Assembly: GCA_019912845.1 (NCBI GenBank)
Contig: JAIOHU010000287.1
Coordinates: 8,925-72,924 of the forward strand
Direction: 5' to 3'
Source of the DNA: a bacterium
GTDB lineage: Bacteria > Electryoneota > Electryoneia > Electryoneales > Electryoneaceae
Length of the DNA stretch: 64,000 bases
Positions 49,101-57,989 of the stretch are shown here, piece after piece; positions within the stretch are counted from its first letter, which is position 1, and each line of letters opens with the position of its first letter. The translations under genes were made by a program, and so were the position numbers. The notes under the pieces are model-generated. The model was not told the origin of the DNA and searched no databases. It saw only the letters and a program-made list of their open reading frames with translations.

Positions 49101-52100
49101 AGCTTCATAAACACCAGGAAGCTCAGCATCAATCGCATTGGCAAGAACATCAATCTCAACTGTTTCATCAATGTCGAGGTGTCCGCTATTCGGCTCAATT
49201 GCCAGCCAGCCACCCGCGCCGGAGGCGACTAAGAGCGCGTTCGCCATGAGACGATCACAATCAGTTGCCGGGTTCCAACCACCATTGATAGCATCATTAG
49301 AGGGTGGGAAGAGACCTAATGCAACAGTAATACCGTTGTCCATCTGGTCACGGACCGCTGCAACCGCACGTCCATCACCCCAGTCAGCAATACGAAGCGC
49401 TTCGGGATGGACATCAAAAGTTGACTGACGATAGGAAGAGGTACCACCATCTAGTTCTTCGATTTCTTCCATCATCAGGTGGTTCGCTTCAAAAACTTCA
49501 CCTAATGTCTGCTGCGGACCATATTGGTTTCCTGATGGCGGGAATGCATAATAACCTTCAGCATTCCAACGACCCTGCATATAAACACCGGCTGATTCGA
49601 ATACAGCATGAACAACGCCGTAGCCTTCATCAACATAGTCAGCCATTACATTGCCAACGCCGATGTAATCCAGATAGCCGTAGTTTGTCCAAGTCATTAC
49701 CGCATCGAATTCCATCAGTTCTTCTAGACTGGGTAAAACATTACGCGCATCAACAATCGTAATAGTTTCAAAGAGTTCTAATGCTGCCAACTTGTTTGCA
49801 ACATCATCTTGATAAATTACATCGTCAGCCGGATAAAGCAGAATATTCGCATTATCAAGCTCACCATTTCCATCAATTACGCGTGCGATTTGATCTGGAC
49901 GAGTTACAACGTCCGGACCGTTGGCACCAAGCGTGGTTGCTAATGGATAATTGGTAATTGGACCATCAAGAATACCAGAACGTGCGATCCAGTTCTCGAC
50001 AACCGCTTCTCTACGTGCTTGCTCATTGTTACCACGTGCTGCAATTTCATCTTCAATATAGGTAATGCTGCCAGACCAATCGGCTGGCAAACCACCGATA
50101 TTGCTGAGCGTCAGGATATCACTGTCTGAACCAAGCCAACCCGCTTCAAAATCAAAGAATTCGGGATCAACTACGAGTTCAGGTGCAACTTCGTGGACCA
50201 ATGCGATATCGTGAACTGTTGCCTCACCTTCAATAACTGCAGCAGTTTCGATGTCAGACGGATAATAACCCATCGCATCTGCCATCACATCCCATTCACC
50301 CGTTCCGAGTGGGTAGGTGTAAAAACCTTCTGCATCTGTTTCAACTTCAGCTACTGGTTCTTCGAGGTCACCCCAGATTGTTACCAACGCACCTTCGATT
50401 GGATCACCTGAGTCTACGTCATAGACAATACCTTCAAGAGAGCCGGGATCGCCAACATTCATGGTTACCCATGAAGTTACCAGAGCACCTTCTTCTGTGC
50501 CATCATTATACCAGACATCAATTGAAGCTTCATAGATACCAGGAAGGTCTACATTTGAAGCATCAACAGTTACATCGAGATCCATAATGCCAGCGGGTTC
50601 AACAGTTCCAGCATCAGGTTCAACTGTCAACCAGTTGCCAGAGCCAACCCACAACGCATCGTATTCAATCATGTTGTGCATGATGTCGCCAGCAACCTGA
50701 CCAGCACCTACACCATATTCAAGCGTCTGGGTGCTGACAATCATGTTACCACCGCCATAAGGCAGTTCAAGAAGAACTGGACGCTGTTGTGTATCTACGC
50801 AAAGAATCAAGGCATCTTCAGGAACATTGTCAATCCAGCCATGATTTGCGGACCCACCAGTGTAATTTTCAGGAATGCCTTCCATCATTGGATGGTCAGG
50901 CATCACGACCTGGTTATTGCCATCGCCTTGATGCACATAGTTCATGTCATTCCAGAATGTCCAGGTCGCCCCTTGAGTACAACCGTGGAATTCGAGACAA
51001 CCACCGCCATCAACCCACTCTTCAAAGCGATCAGCATTGTTCATGAAGTTGTTGTAAAAACCCTGACCCTGGGTGGATGGGATCATGATAACATTGTATT
51101 CTTCCGCTTCAAAGTCGTAGTCTGCCATTGACGCAGAGTTGACCAGGTCGAAAGGAATACCAAGTTCGTTCAGATAATCTTGATGTGAATTATTCCAGGG
51201 AATCTGATCCTGGAACAACAGGAAGTAAGGATCATCAAGTTCACTGAATTGAGGTTCGGTAGGAACAACATTGAAGATATCACTTGACGGACCGTTGTAT
51301 TCAATTGTGGTACCACGAGTTGCACGGAAATTAGCTGCATTTTCGCGTACCATTCTACGGAAGTCCATAATTTCTTCATCTTCGATGTAGGTAATGTCGA
51401 CCCAGAAATCGATGTCGGCACCACAATCGCCAAGATGTGTAACTGTAAGGATATCAGAATCGGACGCAAGCCAACCCACATCAAATGTGAATTGATCGGG
51501 GTCCACCATGAGTTCTGCCAGTGGATCCATTTCGATATCCACAACATTTTCGCCTTCTTCCAGCACGACATCCACTTCAGTCAAGGCGAAGCCTTCAGCC
51601 ATTGCACGAGCAGTGTAGCCACGTGAATAGACGCCTTCAATCATGTAGTAACCATCTGCATCGGTGGTTGCCATCTGGTTACCGAAGTATACTTCAGCAC
51701 CCTCAACAGCATCCCCATCACATGCATCAGTCACAACACCTTCAACCGAAGCGTTGGGATCTGCGAATCCACCTTCATTGATAGTGAATCCAACTGCGGT
51801 TTCAGCTTGGGGGGTATTGCCGGCATTGTTGTAGCAATATTCAAGACCGTCAGTACCTTCAGCATTTTCAATACCGATGGTAACAAAGTCCCGGTTAAGG
51901 TTGGGAGTCATGCTGTGGTATTGAATCACGATATCGCCAGATTCATACAAAAGGATTTCTGCATTGATATTTTCTTGATCCGGACCATCTGGGTATTCAT
52001 CCCAGTCGACAAACTGAATAACGGTAAAGTCACCCATATTTTCAATGTAAGCCATACCATCATCGCCAGCGTCTGGATCCATATCACGCCACCACCAGGC

Positions 52101-52592
52101 AATCAGGTTGTTTGGTGCCCAGTTTGATGGAAGTGTCTGGTTGCCAAGGTCCCACATGGCATCTTCAGAAAAACCGATCATACCATTGGAGCCGAGGAAA
52201 AACTGATCGTATGTGTTGCCATAAAACTCAAAATCAAATCCAAGAGCGAAAGGACCTGTATAGTCATCGTCAAATGGAATGGCTAGTGCTTCACCGGTTT
52301 CGGTGATATCAAGCCAATCATAGGCAGGACCATTTGCCTCATCGCTGTCAAAATAATAATAACCAAAGTTATCTGGACCGCCGGTGCGGTCAAGCTCATT
52401 ATGGCCTTCAACAATAACGCCAGCAAAAGTGAGAATTTCATGCTGACGTTCAGTCAACTGATTCCCAAGTTTGTAAGCGTTAATTGCTTGCTTGTATTCA
52501 TCGTAACGTGAATCCTTCAGGGTGGTGTTATCTACCGCAAAGGCAGCCGTTACAAGGAAAGCTAGCAAAAGCAGTACTGAAGCAACTCTCAT
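46188..52592 (-). CDS. Giant (2134 aa) modular T9SS-secreted surface protein with a triplicated internal module and a C-terminal module shared with the LVIVD protein
   Basis: The signal peptide is MRVASVLLLLAFLVTAAFA. There are three copies of a ~440-470-aa unit (a CarbopepD_reg-like start EGVVTD../EGIVYDVDSGDPIEGALVTIWGDL../EGVVSDNETGDPVEGALVTIWGDL.. followed by a ..ELDDPYFL..DGGG..HGCTQ.. domain). The C-terminal ~420 aa are homologous to the LVIVD protein. The tail ..QGYPNPFNPSVTIPFAL..VYNVLGQQV..SGVYFLTT..KITLLK is a T9SS domain. Confidence 0.75.
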   Translation of the reverse strand: MRVASVLLLLAFLVTAAFAVDNTTLKDSRYDEYKQAINAYKLGNQLTERQHEILTFAGVIVEGHNELDRTGGPDNFGYYYFDSDEANGPAYDWLDITETGEALAIPFDDDYTGPFALGFDFEFYGNTYDQFFLGSNGMIGFSEDAMWDLGNQTLPSNWAPNNLIAWWWRDMDPDAGDDGMAYIENMGDFTVIQFVDWDEYPDGPDQENINAEILLYESGDIVIQYHSMTPNLNRDFVTIGIENAEGTDGLEYCYNNAGNTPQAETAVGFTINEGGFADPNASVEGVVTDACDGDAVEGAEVYFGNQMATTDADGYYMIEGVYSRGYTARAMAEGFALTEVDVVLEEGENVVDIEMDPLAELMVDPDQFTFDVGWLASDSDILTVTHLGDCGADIDFWVDITYIEDEEIMDFRRMVRENAANFRATRGTTIEYNGPSSDIFNVVPTEPQFSELDDPYFLLFQDQIPWNNSHQDYLNELGIPFDLVNSASMADYDFEAEEYNVIMIPSTQGQGFYNNFMNNADRFEEWVDGGGCLEFHGCTQGATWTFWNDMNYVHQGDGNNQVVMPDHPMMEGIPENYTGGSANHGWIDNVPEDALILCVDTQQRPVLLELPYGGGNMIVSTQTLEYGVGAGQVAGDIMHNMIEYDALWVGSGNWLTVEPDAGTVEPAGIMDLDVTVDASNVDLPGIYEASIDVWYNDGTEEGALVTSWVTMNVGDPGSLEGIVYDVDSGDPIEGALVTIWGDLEEPVAEVETDAEGFYTYPLGTGEWDVMADAMGYYPSDIETAAVIEGEATVHDIALVHEVAPELVVDPEFFDFEAGWLGSDSDILTLSNIGGLPADWSGSITYIEDEIAARGNNEQARREAVVENWIARSGILDGPITNYPLATTLGANGPDVVTRPDQIARVIDGNGELDNANILLYPADDVIYQDDVANKLAALELFETITIVDARNVLPSLEELMEFDAVMTWTNYGYLDYIGVGNVMADYVDEGYGVVHAVFESAGVYMQGRWNAEGYYAFPPSGNQYGPQQTLGEVFEANHLMMEEIEELDGGTSSYRQSTFDVHPEALRIADWGDGRAVAAVRDQMDNGITVALGLFPPSNDAINGGWNPATDCDRLMANALLVASGAGGWLAIEPNSGHLDIDETVEIDVLANAIDAELPGVYEATIDFNVAWPDTLDPVTVWVTFLIGDPGTLEGVVSDNETGDPVEGALVTIWGDLEEPVAEVETDENGYYAYPLGTGDWDVQATAADYYASDIMTVALIEGETTTLDIEIDHHIPPFVTLNPNEFIFVIPEEGDTDSDVLTIGNAGGLDMDWDASVVYIEEEEVNTMRENARDYILNRTLAKGAVDFNHAPSTDINAYPSIPTAPYTNELDDPYFLIIQDTDAWGAPAHQAFLDAMEVPYDIINSGQMANHDLGEYSCIIFTNVQSQNFLNTVQDNEERFLDFMDDGGWIIFGGCTQAYTWNLWGMSNTYAPSGTGFNNMPEHGIMMNIPEQWTGGSDSHDIINDVPEDANILATTSLGQPTLVEMEMGRGTILISTMTWEIGWILDWVNADILGNTIAYATLYAGQGGWLTVEPGDGLIPIGEEMDVDLIADVTDLEMAEGSYEALIEIDPNHHQGEIATVWVTLIYGAGGIFNPVDPNGLPYSLILDGAFEGDNPLPAGSGVAVYDGDLCVGATAMNGQYPRSLIAWEMSEDPAFPGFTPGNTMTFQIWNSVTGEIMDAEAEYTQGDGTFGYAPYSRLTVRGEGEIQPDNELEIPLQGNYFELISSYIQPESLNAMDIFGGIPDLAIAYQNDGGIVIPPFINTIVDISMDQGYRLFCDANSMVTFVGDPIPTDTEYHAVPNRWNWVGYPFNHDVNTIEALNHIRDFVEIVQTDDGGVWIPPLFDINTIGDMTPGEGYMFFVNEAVDFTYNDAVAAGNTKHDVWDIPAVEGAPEATGLPYTVVLSMSDDLQELNPAIIELYDGKTLVGKSVILDDRDYTPVTAWQGDADRNLEGFISGNSMRFVVKAADGTVLPVVHMNDDAPEFGKGAYTLLNLDVAPVPTEFAVDQGYPNPFNPSVTIPFALPMNGEVSFAVYNVLGQQVFNTSQHFQAGFHRFVFDANRSGTELVSGVYFLTTQFNGQTFTQKITLLK

Positions 52593-53456
52593 CAGGTATC
52601 TCCTTGTGGTTATGAAAACGAAATCAAGTTCAGTTCATAGTGATCTGCGACTTTCGTTAACGTAGAGTATCTCATTCAAGTGTTCGAGAGTAAACCCTCA
52701 AACGGGAAAGAGAATTTAAATAATTTTGGGAATATCTTCGATTAACAAGAATACGGGGGGTATGCACTCGAAAGTTCTCGAATCATTTACCAGCCTGCAC
52801 TAGTCATACTGATTAGTGCCTCGATCTGCTGAACACACCTCCCCCGCTTCCTTGCAGGGAAATTTTCAGCAAATCGTTTGATCAATCTGTTATCATCCCA
52901 TGGATGATACTGATCGGGCTAAATAAACGATTTGGAGTCGCCACTATATGCGGAGACTTCAACTTGGTGATCTACAGGCGTTACAACGCCCTAATTTCGT
53001 ATATCAGAAGGGCTAACGCAAGTATCTTCTGTTTATATTTAAAGGTCGTAAAGATCGAACAACTCTCTCCTGGTGCAGGAGTAATAAGCTAACATAAACA
53101 ATAACAGGTAATAAGAAGCTGACCTTTCCAGCGCTCTATGATTTAATACCCCTTAGGCTCCAAGAGCCGCTCTTTTGTTCAGGAGAGATTTGTGAATCGT
53201 AACAGTCTTCCTATATGTCTAAAACTTCAATCTGGAGTATTCTCCTGAAATACTTTAGTTAATCACTACGCAAAACTTCGTGCTATCCATAAGAGGGGCA
53301 TTAGGCAAACAAGCTGATTGCTCTTTACATATTGATACTATTTTAATTTTAAGGGAACGAATATTGCAGAAAATTGTTTAAGAGCTATATTGCACATCTG
53401 AAGTTTACTTGTTGTGATATTAATCGCAGAAGTGCTTTTAACCTAAGGAGAAAAAT

Positions 53457-53945
53457 ATGAAACGTTTCATGCTACCATTATTGGTTCTCGGACTGATATT
53501 CCTGGCAATCCCTCAATTCGCTGCGGCTCATTGTGGAAGTTGTGGTGTTGGTGGAGAGAAAGCTGGGCATGATAAAGCTGCCATGTGTAAAGTGAGTGAA
53601 GATGGCAAGGCAAAAGGCGCGACCATGGGTGCCATTTATGAATCCAGTGAGTTGTACCATTGTTCTGTACACAGCATTGTCTCAGACAACCCCGAAGCCA
53701 AGTGCCCGTCATGTGATGCGAAACTAGCGAAAATGACCGACAAGGAAGTCGCGGAGCTTCAGAAAGGTCAGGCAGTTGGTTGCCCAATGTGTCCGGTTGT
53801 AATGGATGCTGATAAAGTTGCCAAGGAAGACCAGAAGTGTGGTTTTTGCAAGATGCAGCTTCAGGAAATCGAACATGGTGAAGGTAAAGACCATAAACAC
53901 CATGATCATCATGGTCATGAGATGGAAATGAAGAAGAAAAGCTGA
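53457..53945 (+). CDS. Secreted tandem heavy-metal-binding-domain (HMBD, YxCxxH..CPxCxxxL) protein with a His-rich tail; putative periplasmic Cu/Zn metallochaperone
   Basis: The signal peptide is MKRFMLPLLVLGLIFLAIPQFAAA, with AAGGAG 7 nt upstream. HMBD-like units are ..YHCSVHSIVSDNPEAKCPSCDAKL.. and ..VGCPMCPVVMDADKVAKEDQKCGFCKMQL.., plus an N-terminal HCGSCG. The C-terminus is ..HGEGKDHKHHDHHGHEME. Confidence 0.55.
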   Translation: MKRFMLPLLVLGLIFLAIPQFAAAHCGSCGVGGEKAGHDKAAMCKVSEDGKAKGATMGAIYESSELYHCSVHSIVSDNPEAKCPSCDAKLAKMTDKEVAELQKGQAVGCPMCPVVMDADKVAKEDQKCGFCKMQLQEIEHGEGKDHKHHDHHGHEMEMKKKS

Positions 53946-53969
53946 AGATTTGTTTGATTGAATAGTTAA

Positions 53970-54001
53970 CGCCGGGCACCAAAAGTATCCGGCGTTTTTT
54001 A
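53970..54001 (+). terminator. Rho-independent terminator
   Basis: CGCCGG (53970-53975) pairs with CCGGCG (53989-53994) around a 13-nt loop, followed by TTTTTT. It lies 25 nt after the metal-binding protein gene. Confidence 0.6.
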
Positions 54002-54097
54002 TATGCTGATTCTTGAAATTATTGTCTCACCATAAAGCTGTTAAGTGTTTATGCTGTCTGGATTCCCTCCTGCGGTTTTTTCTAAAACAATTAAAAT

Positions 54098-54165
54098 CAA
54101 TACCTTACTGGACACCAGCTAACACCACGCTGGTATGACGCAATCAGACAATATTTTCGAGTATA
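54098..54165 (+). repeat. Intergenic repeat element family A, copy 3 (hairpin CACCAGC-N9-GCTGGTA)
   Basis: TCAATACCTTACTGGACACCAGCTAACACCACGCTGGTATGACGCAATCAGACAATATTTTCGAGTATAGC. It lies between the 3' ends of two convergent genes. Confidence 0.5.
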
Positions 54166-54205
54166 GCTCTAGAGTATTCGGAATTCCTTAATCGGCACCA
54201 TTACT

Positions 54206-55108
54206 TCAAGACGAAATTTTTGCTGCAAACTGGTATTCCTCTGCCAACAGTGTATTTTTAAGCAGAAGTGCTACGGTCATCGGACCGACACCACCGGGAA
54301 CCGGTGTGATCAATGAAGCTTTCGGTTGAACTTCATCAAACGCTACATCCCCTGTAAGGCGATACCCACGTTTTTTCGTGCTGTCTTCTACGCGATTCAC
54401 GCCAACATCAATTACCACTGCACCCTCTTTTACCATATCCGCTGTGATCATTTCGGGACGACCTATTGCTGCGACAAGGATATCCGCCTGACGTGTCATC
54501 GCTCCCAGGTCTTTTGTGCGACTGTGACAGATTGTTGTGGTTGCATTACCACCTCTCGCTTTTTGTGAAAGAAGCAGCGCCATAGGCATCCCGACAAGAT
54601 GACTGCGTCCCACGACAACAGCATGTTTTCCGGATGGATCGACATTGTAACGCTCTAATAGTTCAAATACTCCAAGTGGTGTGCAGGGCACAAAACGTCT
54701 CTGACCAAGTGTTAAGAGTCCAACATTCTGTGGATGGAACCCGTCTACATCCTTCATCGGGTTTATGGCACGAACCACAGCGTCCTCGTCCAATCCATCT
54801 GGAAGCGGTGATTGCACAAGCAACCCGTTGTAGTCAGGATTATTGTTGATCTCTTCAACCTTCGCCATCAGCTCGGTCTGGGTGGTTTCAGCGGGCATTC
54901 TTTCGATCAGACTGCGCATGCCTACTTCTTCACATGCTTTCTTTTTCATATTGACATAAACTTTTGATGCCGCATCTTCACCGACCAGGATCAATGCCAG
55001 CCCGGGTTGCCTGCCAGCATTCAACCTCTTCTCTACCGCGTCCTTGACTTCCTGACGTATATCAGTAGCAACACTTTTTCCATCAATCAGATTGTTCATT
55101 TCAGTCAC
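54206..55108 (-). CDS. folD: Bifunctional methylenetetrahydrofolate dehydrogenase / methenyltetrahydrofolate cyclohydrolase
   Basis: ..IDGKSVATDIRQEVKDAV..PGLALILVGEDAASKVYVNMKKKACEEVGM.. and ..GKHAVVVGRSHLVGMPMALLL..ATTTICHSRTKDL.. are the conserved FolD blocks. The length is 300 aa. Confidence 0.9.
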   Translation of the reverse strand: MTEMNNLIDGKSVATDIRQEVKDAVEKRLNAGRQPGLALILVGEDAASKVYVNMKKKACEEVGMRSLIERMPAETTQTELMAKVEEINNNPDYNGLLVQSPLPDGLDEDAVVRAINPMKDVDGFHPQNVGLLTLGQRRFVPCTPLGVFELLERYNVDPSGKHAVVVGRSHLVGMPMALLLSQKARGGNATTTICHSRTKDLGAMTRQADILVAAIGRPEMITADMVKEGAVVIDVGVNRVEDSTKKRGYRLTGDVAFDEVQPKASLITPVPGGVGPMTVALLLKNTLLAEEYQFAAKISS

Positions 55109-55113
55109 GGCTA

Positions 55114-56043
55114 TTACTCCAGTGTTTTTCGATAAGCTGTTGAATAGAGTGTAAATATCATAAAATCAAAAATTAATTCCTGCCAGGGAAATTTATCATT
55201 CGAGACAACCATACGGTTAACCAGATTATAAACATTCTGTCTGCACAACAAACGCACAGCACTATTTTTAAGCAACTGTGATACAGATTCTGCCTTGAGA
55301 GGATTCTCCAAATAGTTCAGGCTTAACATTTCGTAAGCCTGGGGGTGACGATCCAATATCATTGGGATCACTTCACGTCCATAAATCCGATAACGCCTTT
55401 CCATCTCTGTCCACTCAGGCTTGTGAAAATGCCACGCTTTTGCGCGGGGTTCATGATACAACTTCATGCCATGCTCTTCAAGACGTAAACCAAACTCCAA
55501 ATCTTCCCCACCCCATGCCTTGAAAGCTCTGTCAAACCCACCGGAGTCACGTGCGATTTTCGCTGGTAGTGCGGAGTTGGCTGCGGTAAAATATTTTCCC
55601 GGAATCTCACATCCACCTTGAATTTTTGCAGCTCCTCTCGAATGATAATAACGCATGTAAGCAGTCATTGGGAGTGATGGATGAAGTCCCAGTTTTCCAA
55701 CCAGAATGCCACCTGATTCGCTAACACCTCGCACCATCATCTCCAGCCAGCAGGTAGCTGGAACCATATCTGCATCCAGGAAAACTATAATCTCACCGCG
55801 CGCTATCTCAATTCCCTTGTTCCTCGCAGCCGCTCGTCCACGGTTCTCCTGAAATACGTTTGTTACAATGTTCAAGGAGGATTCATTCGAGGTAATTTCT
55901 TCAGGTAGTGGAGATTGTGAGCCATCATCAATAATGATCCATTCGAAATTATCGAGTGGGAAGGTTTGTGATTGAAGTGCTGTCTTCAGTTGCAGCAGGG
56001 TATGGTGAGAATTATAGTGAGGTGTGATTATTGATGCTTTCAT
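55114..56043 (-). CDS. Family 2 glycosyltransferase (GT2)
   Basis: The N-terminal GT2 block MKASIITPHYNSHHTLL.. is followed by ..IIIDDGS.. and the DxD-type ..FLDADMV.. motif. The start was set at Met11 of the ORF-track frame because the GT2 motif normally lies at the extreme N-terminus. Confidence 0.7.
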   Translation of the reverse strand: MKASIITPHYNSHHTLLQLKTALQSQTFPLDNFEWIIIDDGSQSPLPEEITSNESSLNIVTNVFQENRGRAAARNKGIEIARGEIIVFLDADMVPATCWLEMMVRGVSESGGILVGKLGLHPSLPMTAYMRYYHSRGAAKIQGGCEIPGKYFTAANSALPAKIARDSGGFDRAFKAWGGEDLEFGLRLEEHGMKLYHEPRAKAWHFHKPEWTEMERRYRIYGREVIPMILDRHPQAYEMLSLNYLENPLKAESVSQLLKNSAVRLLCRQNVYNLVNRMVVSNDKFPWQELIFDFMIFTLYSTAYRKTLE

Positions 56044-56159
56044 AGGGAGAAAAACCTGGTAAGATGCTTTCACTCTTTCATAGGCTGTATGAGAATGAAT
56101 TACATCAGATTTATTCAGATCAATTGTGGATGTTTTTATTTTCTAACACTAATAATATC

Positions 56160-56225
56160 AACAACTTCCTGGGTTCCAGCTAAAACCACGCTGGAATGAC
56201 GCGGTCGGCAACAGCATTCTGGAAC
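56160..56225 (+). repeat. Intergenic repeat element family A, copy 4 (hairpin TTCCAGC-N9-GCTGGAA, compensatory variant)
   Basis: CAACAACTTCCTGGGTTCCAGCTAAAACCACGCTGGAATGACGCGGTCGGCAACAGCATTCTGGAAC. The stem changed from TACCAGC/GCTGGTA to TTCCAGC/GCTGGAA while keeping its pairing. Confidence 0.5.
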
Positions 56226-56367
56226 AACCTGCTTAATGTAATTGATTTAGCGTTATTGCGAATCAAAACGAATAGGTTCCGCAACATCCGAAAAACTCAA
56301 GCAATGGAAGTATTAGACCCTGGATAAATCCAGGGCCAATCTGCTTTTCAAAGTGAATCCTTCACTC

Positions 56368-56397
56368 GTTCCGCAACATCCGAAGATGTTGCGGAAC
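56368..56397 (-). terminator. Perfect 30-bp palindromic hairpin with a UUCG tetraloop on the minus strand (terminator of the outer-membrane barrel gene)
   Basis: GTTCCGCAACATC-CGAA-GATGTTGCGGAAC is identical to the 36161-36190 element. It lies ~50 nt past the stop (56446) of the minus-strand gene. A half-copy lies at 56277-56299. Neighbouring small hairpins lie at 56318-56337 and 56352-56366. Confidence 0.45.
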
Positions 56398-56445
56398 TGA
56401 ATTTTACTCTTCAAATGTACGCGCTATCTAAAAAGTTGGCACTAT

Positions 56446-57888
56446 CTAAAAGGTCAACGCTGTTTCGATAGTCGTGATATGAGTCTGGTTCTCGCCACGG
56501 TAGATCGTCTTGCGATCAAAGATAAGCGATAAGCCTTGAGCAAGTGCATAGCCGACGCGATATCCTAGAACCGTGCCATAGGATTCAGTGCTGAATACGT
56601 GGGTTACATTCGGTTGATACATATAGGCTTCAGCCAGTGAAATCTTCGGAACCGCTGCAGTATTCAACGCTGCTCGAGAATAGAGTGAACGATAATTTGT
56701 GCCTCCATCATACGCCATATCCTGATAAGCCGCGAAAACATCCATAAGGCTAAGTAGATTAACTCCTGCTTCGGCATAATACCCCTGAGCAGAGGGAATA
56801 CCTGCAAGCTGGTTGCTCTTGGGAATGTAGGCACCAGCCTCAGCATCCCAGTCAACTCTCTCTATTTCGTATGCAAAGTTGAAGAACTCCGGCAGGAATT
56901 CCTCCTCAAATATCCGATACTCCGCACCTGCTCTGAAGATTCCAAAACTCACATTGACACCAGGAACACCATAACCACGTCCGTAGCCAGCGATTTGTGC
57001 CATCTGTGCATACAGCCAGACTTGCAGGCTCGACTTACGGATAATCGGCACACCCACATCCACGCCCCAAATGGTTACATCCGCTGATTTATCGGAAATA
57101 CGGTCAGGTGGATTCGCGATATCTGGGAGATCACCAGATTCGATCAATTGGTCTACAACCGCTGGATTCCCGATTGTATTATACAGCCAATCTATGTGAT
57201 CATAATCATTTTTATCCATGAACAGATCTAATTGATTCGGCACACCATCATCGTCATCATCTTTTGCGCCCAGGTACTGATTGCCATCGTACGCGAGGTT
57301 TGCTCCAAACACGACAGGCAAAACAAACTTCGCTTCATAAGTAGCACGGGCGGCAACTAAGCCTGGACTATCCAGCTCACGGAAATTGTTCACCAATGCT
57401 TCAACCCCAATCGGTCCTCGATTGATCTCCATCTGAGCACCGATACGTCGAACTTGAGGCCATTCGATTGCGTTGGTATAGCGTCGCATAATCAGACCAT
57501 AGCCTAAAGTTACGGGTGCGAGCGAACCAGCACGCAAATAGAGTGGATCGCCAGGATGACCATAACGCAGGTAGTATATTTTATCAATGGCATCGCCGAC
57601 ATCATCCCAATCTTCTTCTCGAATGTTGCCTTCGGAATCAAAATAGAAGCTGAGGTCTAGTCCAACTCCAAAGCGCCAGATGGATATTTCCGGACGTAAG
57701 CTGAAGTACTGATACATCTCACCATTAATAACTGTCGCACCAATAGCACCGTTCATCGAATAACCTATTTTTCCATCTTCACTGGGGGCTGGTTCCTGAA
57801 TGGTTGGGTCTAGTTGTGAGTAGGAAATGTCCGGTGCAACAAGGACAATTAAAATCAGAAGTAAAATTGATACTCTTACTATTTTCAT
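56446..57888 (-). CDS. Outer-membrane beta-barrel protein of unknown function with a poly-Asp calcium-binding-like loop
   Basis: The signal peptide is MKIVRVSILLLILIVLVAPDISYSQ (start taken at Met11). The C-terminus ..IETALTF ends in Phe. An internal ..DDDDDGVPNQLDLFMDKNDYD.. loop resembles thrombospondin-type-3 calcium sites. Confidence 0.5.
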   Translation of the reverse strand: MKIVRVSILLLILIVLVAPDISYSQLDPTIQEPAPSEDGKIGYSMNGAIGATVINGEMYQYFSLRPEISIWRFGVGLDLSFYFDSEGNIREEDWDDVGDAIDKIYYLRYGHPGDPLYLRAGSLAPVTLGYGLIMRRYTNAIEWPQVRRIGAQMEINRGPIGVEALVNNFRELDSPGLVAARATYEAKFVLPVVFGANLAYDGNQYLGAKDDDDDGVPNQLDLFMDKNDYDHIDWLYNTIGNPAVVDQLIESGDLPDIANPPDRISDKSADVTIWGVDVGVPIIRKSSLQVWLYAQMAQIAGYGRGYGVPGVNVSFGIFRAGAEYRIFEEEFLPEFFNFAYEIERVDWDAEAGAYIPKSNQLAGIPSAQGYYAEAGVNLLSLMDVFAAYQDMAYDGGTNYRSLYSRAALNTAAVPKISLAEAYMYQPNVTHVFSTESYGTVLGYRVGYALAQGLSLIFDRKTIYRGENQTHITTIETALTF

Positions 57889-57989
57889 TATTTCATCCCT
57901 CTTCCTTGATAAAACCAATGAGTTGCCGCATCTTTTGCCATCAAAATTAACTGATCCTTCATGCTAATCCAAGTATGAAATAAATTTTT

